Assembly (NCBI GenBank): GCA_036170915.1
Contig: JAVHQC010000006.1
Span: 64,001-128,000 of the forward strand
Source: Cyanobacteria bacterium auto_48_18
GTDB lineage: Bacteria > Cyanobacteriota > Vampirovibrionia > Obscuribacterales > Obscuribacteraceae
Length of the DNA: 64,000 nucleotides
Direction: 5' to 3'
The notes beneath the pieces are model-generated. The model saw nothing but the letters and a program-made list of their open reading frames with translations. It was not told the DNA's origin and searched no databases. Shown piece by piece: positions 10,360 through 18,361 of the stretch (its first letter is position 1; every line of letters begins with the position of its first letter). A program made the translations under genes and the position numbers.

Positions 10360-11307
10360 TTAGCCGACATTGCTTGTCACCAAATCTAGTGACGCCAGGA
10401 AGGTTCGAGGATCGTTAACAGGCGTTCTCGGTTTGATGCGTTCGGGGCTAAAGTTTGAAGCGAGATGCTCAAAGCGGGAAGATGAATTTGGTCTACGGGT
10501 AGCTTTTTCCATGGCTTTGAGAGCGGCGGCTTCGTCTTTTATTTCTCCGCCTGGTTGAAGACCGGCTCTGCGCATAACTCTTCTCATGCCGCCTTCACCC
10601 ATTTGATTGGTGATATCGGCTACTAATGCAGCGCCCAATTCTGATTTGAGGCCATATTTCTTGGCAGTCTCCGCCGACTTGTCGGCAAATTTACGGAATT
10701 TATCTACTTGTACTTCTTGAAATTCAGGATCAGCCAGAGCTGATTTCATACCTCTCATAATTTCTTTGTTACCGGCCAAATTGGCTTTTCTAACATACTT
10801 TTCGCTTAGCAGGCGATCGGCATAACGACCAAACATAGCATCAAATTTTTCTGGATTTTTGTCATGAAAACTTTTCAGCAAATCTGGTAATTCGCCTCGT
10901 TTTTGATTCCACTGCCTGATGCCTACAGAAATACCGTGACCAGCGTCGTTTTTAGTAAGTGTTGTCAGACCGCCTTCATTGCTGGCTACAGTGCGTATCA
11001 CCCGGTCGTTCAGTGAATCGCTTAGATGGGCTTCGAGCTTGGCTTTAGGGCCCGCGATGAGCTTGCGATCTTGTTCATCGCGGCCAAGGGTGCCGTTCAT
11101 CTTACCCAAATTTGTTTCTAAAATTAAGGGTGTGGAAAAACCGAATTTCTCCATGGTGGCATTATCGAGAGCAGCATTGCGGCCTACTTTTTGCTCATGG
11201 GGAGGCATAGCATCAATCTCTTTTTGCGCGCCGCGATTAAAATTGTCTCCGCCGCGAAGCGTAGTTCTTTCGTTTCGAGGTGTGAAATCGGTAGTTTCGA
11301 TTGACAT
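10360..11307 (-). CDS. Hypothetical protein with a putative lysozyme/chitosanase-like (muramidase-fold) domain
   Basis: 315-aa ORF. The segments VASNEGG...NDAGHGISVGIRQWN...GELPDLL and YGLKSELGAALVADITNQMG resemble lysozyme-fold glycosidases. Confidence 0.55.
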   Translation of the reverse strand: MSIETTDFTPRNERTTLRGGDNFNRGAQKEIDAMPPHEQKVGRNAALDNATMEKFGFSTPLILETNLGKMNGTLGRDEQDRKLIAGPKAKLEAHLSDSLNDRVIRTVASNEGGLTTLTKNDAGHGISVGIRQWNQKRGELPDLLKSFHDKNPEKFDAMFGRYADRLLSEKYVRKANLAGNKEIMRGMKSALADPEFQEVQVDKFRKFADKSAETAKKYGLKSELGAALVADITNQMGEGGMRRVMRRAGLQPGGEIKDEAAALKAMEKATRRPNSSSRFEHLASNFSPERIKPRTPVNDPRTFLASLDLVTSNVG

Positions 11308-11351
11308 GAGGGATCTCCGGCGATTCGATATACCTATAATGTGGGCAATTA

Positions 11352-11374
11352 CGTGAAAATCCCGTGACTGCCAT
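11352..11374 (-). promoter_or_regulatory. Putative regulator-binding motif (TCACG-N6-TCACG on the minus strand), copy 1
   Basis: Plus strand CGTGAAAATCCCGTGACTGCCAT is 21/23 identical to 14976-14998. It lies upstream of the minus-strand gene that starts at 11307. Confidence 0.6.
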
Positions 11375-11501
11375 GCTAGAGCTGCATCCGGGATTTTGGT
11401 CTCTTAGCCTCTTGAGTTGCCAATAATTTGCCAGTAACCTGACCATACATTGCCCGTTCGATGTAATAGTCTGAGACTACTTACGAGGGACGGCAATTTA
11501 T

Positions 11502-13025
11502 ATGGCAAATGACCGCACAACTGCAGAAAAGCCTGAAGCATCTGAGTCGCTTTCACCGCGTTTTTTCCAGTCAGGGGAAAGAATGGTGCAAGATGCCTAT
11601 TCTTTATCACCTGTTCGGTCCAGCAAAGATCTGGTACCTTCTTCTGCTGAACGATATTTGCCGAAGTTCGATGATTTGTTCAACGCTGATGATCGCTCTG
11701 AGAAAACTTCCTATGCGACCAAGTGGCCTGTAGACCAGGCCAAAATGGAAGCTGCTGCAAAAGATCTGGACTCGGCTTTTAACGCCACCAGTAAGTACTC
11801 ACCAGCACGCCTGCTGGGCTCTGGCTACGACTTCAACAAAATCTATAAAATTCTGGAGAATAAAACACCAGAAGAAATAAAGCGTATTGACGATCTGTAC
11901 ACCCACAAATACGGCATCAGATTCGATAGCAATAAAGTAGAAATGCTGAATCTTAGCGAACAAATGCGTCGCGTTGCCAGCCCAGGTGAAAATGCCCGTT
12001 TCCAGATGCTGATCGATGCAAAGAAAAGCAATGACGTACCAGAAGAGTTTCGCATCACCGGAGATCAGTTGCTTAAAGCCGGCAGTAATTTGAAAGTTGG
12101 TGAAGTCAATGACGTTAAAATCGGAGATCGTCACTATGAAATTTACGTGCCTAAAAATGCAGATTCTCGAGCCCCTATGGTCATAGCTATGCACGGCGCT
12201 GCTGCTGGAGACGGTGCTGGGCTACCTCGTGAAGAGATGGGTATGGTTGCCGCTGCTGAGCGCACAGGCAGCATCGTTGTATTCGCTTATCCTAAATTGA
12301 ATACTTTCGATGCAGGTAGAGTCGCCAACGCAATTGGCGCAAACACTGGTGCTGCTTGGAACGTTCCTGGCCGCATTAATTTGCCTGCTCAAGAAAACAG
12401 CTCTTACAGTGATGTCGATTATCTTGATCAGGTAATTAAAAATGTCAAGGCCAAGGTTTCGACACCAGATCAGGTGGGCCTGGCCGGCTTCAGCGATGGT
12501 GCCAGATTTGCTCAAGTCTATGCTACTGAGCGTCCTAATCAGGTTTCAGGAGTATATAGCAGCCATGGCACCTGGATGACCGGCGAACAGGCACCACGCC
12601 AATCAGTGCCGATTAAAATCGTTCTTGGCGCCGATGATCAGACTCTTCCACTCAAAGGTGGCATGGGTGATATCAGTAAGAAAATGGACTGGATGATCAA
12701 AACCAATCTTGAGCTTTCTCAGCCCCTTAAGCAAGAAAAAGTATGGGCAGCCGCAAACGACTGTGAGGCCAATGCCAAAAAGGTAGTAAAAGCCGACGTG
12801 GTGGTCAGTGAGTACAACTGCAAGGGTGCGCCGGTGGTGGTGGAAATAATTAAAGATGGACAGCATGCCTGGGATGACCATGGTAATCGCGGAATGCCAC
12901 TAATTCAGTCAGTTTTACATGGTACACCCGATCGAACACGCAGCGCCGCACTCGACGCCCAGCAGTGGCTTAAACAACAAGCCGTTGCCAGAGAAAAGAT
13001 GCCAGCCAAAGCTTATGGTAATTAA
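11502..13025 (+). CDS. PHB-depolymerase/LpqC-like alpha/beta esterase with an N-terminal annexin-like repeat
   Basis: PMVIAMHGA, DVDYL, nucleophile elbow GFSDG, GADDQTLP (Asp) and GQHAW (His). The N-terminal GYDFNKIYKILENKTPEEIKRIDDLYTHKYG resembles an annexin repeat. Confidence 0.78.
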   Translation: MANDRTTAEKPEASESLSPRFFQSGERMVQDAYSLSPVRSSKDLVPSSAERYLPKFDDLFNADDRSEKTSYATKWPVDQAKMEAAAKDLDSAFNATSKYSPARLLGSGYDFNKIYKILENKTPEEIKRIDDLYTHKYGIRFDSNKVEMLNLSEQMRRVASPGENARFQMLIDAKKSNDVPEEFRITGDQLLKAGSNLKVGEVNDVKIGDRHYEIYVPKNADSRAPMVIAMHGAAAGDGAGLPREEMGMVAAAERTGSIVVFAYPKLNTFDAGRVANAIGANTGAAWNVPGRINLPAQENSSYSDVDYLDQVIKNVKAKVSTPDQVGLAGFSDGARFAQVYATERPNQVSGVYSSHGTWMTGEQAPRQSVPIKIVLGADDQTLPLKGGMGDISKKMDWMIKTNLELSQPLKQEKVWAAANDCEANAKKVVKADVVVSEYNCKGAPVVVEIIKDGQHAWDDHGNRGMPLIQSVLHGTPDRTRSAALDAQQWLKQQAVAREKMPAKAYGN

Positions 13026-14926
13026 GGCTTGATCAGGCAGTGGGGCAAAGCTCGCTTAAGCGCTGTCACTTCATTTTCAGACCAGCTCTGGGTAGAAATT
13101 GCAAGAATCTTCAGTTGTTTGAACTTTGCCAGAGTTTTCGAGCAGTTTGAATCGAGTGGTACATAAGAGATAGAAAGTCGATTCAACTTAGGTAAATCGG
13201 CTAACAGGCCGAGCCCGGTTGCATCGATCTGTCTATTGCCGTTCAGTTCCAGAAATTCAAGATTGCTCAATGAACTGATGATTTTTAGATCTTGATTTTG
13301 CAGATTATCATTGTTGAGGGCCAGATGTTTTATATGTTGGTTATTTTTCAAGGTCGACAAAACATTGCTAACATCAGTCATATCGCACGCTTCTAGTGTC
13401 TTCAATTCTTTCAGTCGATTGAATTTAAGTAAATCAGAACCATTTATATCGGTATCTTCTAAAACCAATTCAGTCAGACCTGGAAGCTTATTCAATGTAT
13501 CAATTGACTTTGCAGTGACGGCACAATTTTTCACTTCAAGAGACTTCAGACCGGTCAGAGAGCCGATATATTTCATGGCCCGATCGTTAAATTCAACGGG
13601 GCATCCTTTAATCGAAAGCTCTGCCAGGTCATTTGGGCGGAAGGATTGAAACAGATGAGGTTGCTGCAAAAAAAGATCACTTGGGGTAAATTTGAGCGGC
13701 AGGTGCATAGGCACTATCACTACTCCACTGGCGTTGATGCTATTTTCACCAGCTATGAATTTACCCATGCTGTTTTTAGGAAAATAAAAGCGGGTTTGAC
13801 CTTGCTCGGTAACATCGCTGGCCACAGTGTGTGGAAGTAAGCTGCTGGTAGTACCTGGAATCGGCAGCTGCTCAAATTCAGGCTCTGTCGTGTTGTAGCC
13901 CACTGTGCTGGGAAAAGCATAAAAGATCAGAGTAGCAAAAGCCGACAATAGCAAAAACACTAAGGAAATCATGACCCACAGAAGCTTGCTATTCTTATTT
14001 GAAAGTGGTGCCAGTAAGGTCGAAGAATCAGAGGAACTTGCCCTTGTCACTTCACTGTCAATTCTTTGGCCGGAGGAGAGACGGTTCAGGTCATCTCTTA
14101 AATCAGCCATGCTTTGATAACGCTCTTCCGGATTTTTAGCCAGCATCTTTTGCAAAATCAGATCCCAATTGAAATGATTTTCCGGCGGATTGCTCAAATC
14201 ACCAAGATACGGCACAGGCTCTGTGATATGAAGCACAGCTGTGGCGAAAGCGTTCTCACCTTGATAGGGCACAGTGCCACTTAATGCCTCAAATAAGGAG
14301 ACGCCCAGTGAATAAATATCGGCACTGGCAGAAATATTTTCGCCATTCCATTGTTCTGGGCTCATGTAATAAGGACTGCCAAAAACTTCACCGGTGGCTG
14401 TAAGTGATTGTACAAACTCACTGCCGCTGCCACATTTCGAAAGGCCAAAATCTATAAGTTTCGCTCCGGTGATTTCTCCATGCATATCAGTGGTCAATAT
14501 TATATTGGCCGGCTTAATGTCGCGATGAATAATATTGAGCTCGTGAGCGTAAAGTAACGCGCTAGCCATGGCCTTGAACACTGTTAATGTCTCGTAGCCT
14601 GTCAGGGGCCCGTTGCTTTTTATACGCTCATGGAGTGTTTGACCGTGCACCAGTTCCATTACCAGGTAAGGCACTTTTTTGTCGAGCAGACCAAAATCAT
14701 AGACCCTGGCTATATTCGGATGATTTAAGCGGCTGGCAATGCGTGCCTCCCGTTCAAATCTACCCCACGATACTTGTCGGTCAAGATTGAGTTCTAGAGT
14801 TTTTAAGGCCAGCTGGCGATTGCGTACAAGATCTACCGTCAAATAGACTGTGCCCGAGCCTCCCTGACCGATTGTGGTGACAATCTGATAGCGTTCATCA
14901 ATGAGGCTGTCGGTGCTGCAAAACAT
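13022..14926 (-). CDS. Hanks-type Ser/Thr protein kinase with a TM helix and C-terminal leucine-rich repeats
   Basis: GQGGSG, ALK, HRDIKPAN, DFG and GSPYYMSPE, followed by a TM segment and LxxLxL repeats. Confidence 0.93.
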   Translation of the reverse strand: MFCSTDSLIDERYQIVTTIGQGGSGTVYLTVDLVRNRQLALKTLELNLDRQVSWGRFEREARIASRLNHPNIARVYDFGLLDKKVPYLVMELVHGQTLHERIKSNGPLTGYETLTVFKAMASALLYAHELNIIHRDIKPANIILTTDMHGEITGAKLIDFGLSKCGSGSEFVQSLTATGEVFGSPYYMSPEQWNGENISASADIYSLGVSLFEALSGTVPYQGENAFATAVLHITEPVPYLGDLSNPPENHFNWDLILQKMLAKNPEERYQSMADLRDDLNRLSSGQRIDSEVTRASSSDSSTLLAPLSNKNSKLLWVMISLVFLLLSAFATLIFYAFPSTVGYNTTEPEFEQLPIPGTTSSLLPHTVASDVTEQGQTRFYFPKNSMGKFIAGENSINASGVVIVPMHLPLKFTPSDLFLQQPHLFQSFRPNDLAELSIKGCPVEFNDRAMKYIGSLTGLKSLEVKNCAVTAKSIDTLNKLPGLTELVLEDTDINGSDLLKFNRLKELKTLEACDMTDVSNVLSTLKNNQHIKHLALNNDNLQNQDLKIISSLSNLEFLELNGNRQIDATGLGLLADLPKLNRLSISYVPLDSNCSKTLAKFKQLKILAISTQSWSENEVTALKRALPHCLIKP

Positions 14927-14975
14927 ATGTTGATGAGTTCATTACTAAGTAAGAAGCCTACAGTAATAAATCAGG

Positions 14976-14998
14976 CGTGAAAATCTCGTGACTGCAAT
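14976..14998 (-). promoter_or_regulatory. Putative regulator-binding motif (TCACG-N6-TCACG on the minus strand), copy 2
   Basis: Plus strand CGTGAAAATCTCGTGACTGCAAT, upstream of the kinase start at 14926. It matches 11352-11374. Confidence 0.6.
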
Positions 14999-15006
14999 TC
15001 AATCAG

Positions 15007-15036
15007 ATTGCCGCGGTGGCTGTCCGCCGCGGCAAT
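15007..15036 (-). terminator. GC-rich hairpin downstream of rtcB (probable terminator or stabilising stem)
   Basis: ATTGCCGCGGTGG-CTGT-CCGCCGCGGCAAT forms a 13-bp stem with one mismatch/wobble, about 25 nt after the rtcB stop. It has no strong U-tract. Confidence 0.55.
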
Positions 15037-15059
15037 ATTGATCAGAATTGCGATTTACT

Positions 15060-16316
15060 TCAACCCTTGACACAGACCAGGGGTCTGAGTTTGTGGACAA
15101 TTTCAACCAGACTGGCCTGGGCGGCCATCACCGCATCTAGTGGCTTGTAGGCTGAAGGCGATTCGTCAAGAATACCTTCGTCCTTGCGGCACTCTACGTG
15201 TGCGGTGTCCTCAGCATGGCGCTCAAGAGAAATTTTCTTTCTTGCTTGTGTACGCGACATGGTTCGACCGGCGCCGTGAGAACAGCTGTTGAAGCTCTGA
15301 GCGTTACCCTTGCCCTTGACGATGTAAGAACCCACGCCCATTGAACCTGGGATGATGCCCCAATCGCCAAGTTGCGCTCTGACTGCACCCTTTCTAGTGA
15401 CCCAAACATCTTCACCGAAGTGAATTTCTCTAGTCACATAGTTGTGGTGGCAGTTGATCACTTGTGCTTCTGCTTCAAAATCAGGCAGCAGACCAGTGGC
15501 CTTAAGCGCAGTGATGACCTGTCCCATCATTACCTGTCTGTTCAAATAGGCATAGTCTTGTGCCCACTGAACGGCAAAGAGATAGTCGTCAAAATATAAG
15601 GCTCCTTCTGAAAGGTAGGCCAAATCTTGATCAGGCAAATGAATTTGGTTCTTTGCCATTTCTTTGCGAGCCAGGTCGATGAAATAAGTACCGATGCGGT
15701 TGCCCACACCACGGCTGCCTGAGTGCAGCATGAACCAGACATTGTCACTGCCATCGAGCAAAATCTCGATGAAGTGATTACCAGATCCAAGTGTACCGAG
15801 CTGTAGACGGTTACGATTTTGGCCAATTTCTACTTGTGGGTGCTTTTCAGCAATCACATCCCATCTGTCAGCCAGCGAAGCCCAGGCCTGATTGACCGGC
15901 TTTTGAGCCGGATGGTTGCCTGCCAGATCGTTGCGCCAGAAGCCAGCACCAACAGGCACTGCATTCTCAATGGCATTTCTTAAAGCCTTGAGATCGTCAG
16001 GCAAATCGGTGGCCTTTAAACTGGTGGCAATTGCAATCATGCCGCATCCTAAGTCAACTCCAACCGCAGCAGGAATGATTGCTTTAAAAGTTGGAATAAC
16101 CGTACCGACAGTGGTGCCCTTACCCATATGAGCATCGGGCATGACCGCGATATGTTTGTGAATAAAAGGCATTGAAGCTAAATTGATCAGCTGTTGGAGA
16201 GCAGGTTGTTCTAGTGCAACACCCTTAATCCAGGCCTTGATTGGCTTTCTTTCTTTGATCTTGATCATCTCGTAGTCTTCGTGAGAGCTATCGAGGTGAA
16301 TTTTTTCGCTGTTCAT
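15060..16316 (-). CDS. rtcB: RNA 2',3'-cyclic phosphate ligase RtcB
   Basis: Motifs MPDAHMGKG, VGVDLGCG, GTLGSGNHFIE, HSGSRG, CHHNY, IIPGSMG, SCSHGAGR, DESPSAYK and the terminal VKG. Confidence 0.97.
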   Translation of the reverse strand: MNSEKIHLDSSHEDYEMIKIKERKPIKAWIKGVALEQPALQQLINLASMPFIHKHIAVMPDAHMGKGTTVGTVIPTFKAIIPAAVGVDLGCGMIAIATSLKATDLPDDLKALRNAIENAVPVGAGFWRNDLAGNHPAQKPVNQAWASLADRWDVIAEKHPQVEIGQNRNRLQLGTLGSGNHFIEILLDGSDNVWFMLHSGSRGVGNRIGTYFIDLARKEMAKNQIHLPDQDLAYLSEGALYFDDYLFAVQWAQDYAYLNRQVMMGQVITALKATGLLPDFEAEAQVINCHHNYVTREIHFGEDVWVTRKGAVRAQLGDWGIIPGSMGVGSYIVKGKGNAQSFNSCSHGAGRTMSRTQARKKISLERHAEDTAHVECRKDEGILDESPSAYKPLDAVMAAQASLVEIVHKLRPLVCVKG

Positions 16317-16344
16317 TTTTCTATCTCTTTCTTGTGATTTTAAC

Positions 16345-16563
16345 TTACATGGCCTTAGTGGGCTGTAGGGTCAGCTGTAACAACGACTTAATCTCGATGA
16401 CCGCGCCTTCGGCATCCTCTGTCACCCCTGTGGCTGGGGTGGCATTAACGGCATCGCTGTTGCAATTACCGTATTCGCGGTAACCGGCATGTACAAATAC
16501 ATGCTCAACGATAAATCGCCTCATCAGGCGAGCAGGATTTATGGCTTCGATCATGAACCTCAT
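16345..16563 (-). CDS. Small hypothetical protein (72 aa) immediately upstream of rtcB
   Basis: ATG at 16563 is preceded by a GGAGG RBS (cggaggaactgatATG). The stop lies 28 nt before rtcB. Confidence 0.55.
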   Translation of the reverse strand: MRFMIEAINPARLMRRFIVEHVFVHAGYREYGNCNSDAVNATPATGVTEDAEGAVIEIKSLLQLTLQPTKAM

Positions 16564-16769
16564 ATCAGTTCCTCCGAGTGTTTGGGTGTGGCCAGTGATA
16601 TCACCGGTGGTGCCGCACGAATGCGACAGCCGGCTTTCAGGCGGATGAAAAATTTGCTTCAATGCAATTAGCTATCAGGTAATTTGGTAAATTCTTTGCC
16701 GTGAATTGACCCTGGTTCATCAAAAGATGAAGCAGCAAAAACCGCTAGCTGTCTATGTTTTAAAAGGGT

Positions 16770-16922
16770 TTACGCTCGCCGTGTCGGTGTGGTCACCGAA
16801 TACATATTGAGGTTACTGCCTTTGAAATTTTTGCTTACTGAAAAGACCTGCTCGTTAGAATACGAGCCGCACATAATGCCGCGGGAATCTCGTTTAACGA
16901 TGCTGGTGGTTGGCCGAAACAT
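16770..16922 (-). CDS. Unannotated small ORF (50 aa, MFRPTTSIVKRDSRG...TPTRRA) in the rtcB leader
   Basis: GAGGA RBS precedes the ATG (gacgaggacagcgccATG). It is the first ORF downstream of a near-consensus promoter. Confidence 0.4.
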   Translation of the reverse strand: MFRPTTSIVKRDSRGIMCGSYSNEQVFSVSKNFKGSNLNMYSVTTPTRRA

Positions 16923-17000
16923 GGCGCTGTCCTCGTCTTTACAGATTGACCGAAATAAAAAGCTCCTCGCGGGAGCAGTTCAAGGTCAATGCATAATTCC

Positions 17001-17029
17001 AGAATAGTAGCGCTCGCAATTTATGTCAA
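17001..17029 (-). promoter_or_regulatory. Sigma-70 promoter TTGACA-N17-TATTCT driving the rtcB leader/operon
   Basis: On the minus strand, TTGACA (17024-17029) is followed by a 17-nt spacer and TATTCT (17001-17006). A TAGCGCT-N14-AGCGCTA inverted repeat overlaps it. Confidence 0.65.
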
Positions 17030-17128
17030 GCGCTATTTTTCAATTGTTGCTATTTGCCAGCGAAATATCGCCGCATCACATATGGTGGCACTGAGCCAGT
17101 CAATTTATTGGTGCGCTTCTTAAATGCG

Positions 17129-17233
17129 CTACGGATTGTCTTCAATGTAATCACCACCCATCGTGGTGAAATCATTGATTAAAGTGCAGATTATCGTTCC
17201 CAGGACAACAATGGCCAAACTGGCAAGAGTCAT
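17129..17233 (-). CDS. Unannotated small membrane peptide (34 aa, MTLASLAIVVLGTIICTLINDFTTMGGDYIEDNP)
   Basis: GGAG lies upstream. The peptide has a single hydrophobic helix and an acidic tail. Confidence 0.4.
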   Translation of the reverse strand: MTLASLAIVVLGTIICTLINDFTTMGGDYIEDNP

Positions 17234-17401
17234 AAAAATGAACACTCCGGAGGGATGGCTTATTATCTTCCTGCCAGGGCTACCACAGGGCACCTGGTAA
17301 AGAATTTGTTACGTGATTACCAGGCTAATCCTGGCTGTTTGGCTGCTTCTAGATGTCGGCATAATCAATTTAACCTGACATCGTGAACGGATAGTGAACG
17401 G

Positions 17402-18301
17402 CTAGGAGATGAAATCGTTCAAAGATTTGTTATGGAGATGCCGCCTGAGCTTCTTTAACGAGCGTTTTTGAATGCGGCGTAGCTCTGCTACATCAATATT
17501 GAGCTTTGCGGCCACCATTTTTGCATCGTAAAGGCCGTCTCCTTCCAGACCATACAAATAGCTGATAGCAGTTTTCTCTAAGGTACTCAGCTGTGCGGTC
17601 ATGCGGTCAATTCCGCGCCTGAGCATGGCTTGTTCGGCCGCTTGTTCGGGCATGGCTGAGAACTGATCTTCTATAAAACACTCCAGGGTGTCCTTCTCAG
17701 CGCCGCTTACCGGCTCGTCAAGGGAGACAATGCTGCTAGAGCTGCTCACCAATCTGACAATCTCTTCAGGTTGGCATTCAAGCGCCACGGCCAGTTCGGC
17801 CTCAGTGGGGAAGCGGCCATGAGATTGCAAATACTCTTTTGCCACTCTCTTGAGGCGTCCCATTTGAGTTCTGATGTGCACCGGTATGCGTATCGTGCGG
17901 CCCTTGTTGGCGATGGCACGGTTAACAGACTCACGAATCCACCATGTCGCATAAGTCGAGAATCGGTTCCCCATAGAGGGGTCGAATTTTTTTGCGGCAT
18001 GAATTAGACCCAGGTTGCCTTCCTGAATCATGTCTTCCATATCCATACCCTGGTTACGAAAGCGTTTGGCTATGCTGACTACGAGCCTGAGGTTACTGAC
18101 CACAAGTTTTGAAAGGGCTGCATTATCACCCTGTCGGATGGCCCGCCCAAGCTCAATTTCTTCATTGGCCTTTATCAGGCTGGTCTTACCGATATTCTGC
18201 AAATAGGCAGTCAAAGCCGCTTCGCTGTTAGCTGCAGGGTCATCGGTTTTGACGATTGTTAACTCGTCAATTTGATCGATTTGATCATCTAAGTCATACA
18301 T
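17402..18301 (-). CDS. Alternative sigma-70 factor (RpoD/RpoS-like regions 1.2-3, divergent region 4)
   Basis: AYLQNIG, NLRLVVSIAKRF and DMIQEGNLGL..KFDP..RFSTYATWWIR..RTIRIPVH. Region 1.1 is absent. Confidence 0.92.
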   Translation of the reverse strand: MYDLDDQIDQIDELTIVKTDDPAANSEAALTAYLQNIGKTSLIKANEEIELGRAIRQGDNAALSKLVVSNLRLVVSIAKRFRNQGMDMEDMIQEGNLGLIHAAKKFDPSMGNRFSTYATWWIRESVNRAIANKGRTIRIPVHIRTQMGRLKRVAKEYLQSHGRFPTEAELAVALECQPEEIVRLVSSSSSIVSLDEPVSGAEKDTLECFIEDQFSAMPEQAAEQAMLRRGIDRMTAQLSTLEKTAISYLYGLEGDGLYDAKMVAAKLNIDVAELRRIQKRSLKKLRRHLHNKSLNDFIS

Positions 18302-18361
18302 TTTTGTTCACCTCTAAAGTTTCCAGTGCGCCAACATCTAGAAATCTTTTCAGTGTGCTTT

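Noticed and set aside
10338..10368. Hairpin TCGGC-N7-GCCGA and duplicated AATTAGCCGA between ppk1 and the convergent gene
   Set aside because: The stem is only 5 bp with no U-tract, too weak to call a terminator or a target-site duplication.
16945..16990. Y RNA / tRNA-like RNA associated with rtcB
   Set aside because: There is no T-loop/cloverleaf or bulged-C Ro-binding stem in the right polarity, and no Ro60 gene nearby. It is kept only as an attenuator-like hairpin.
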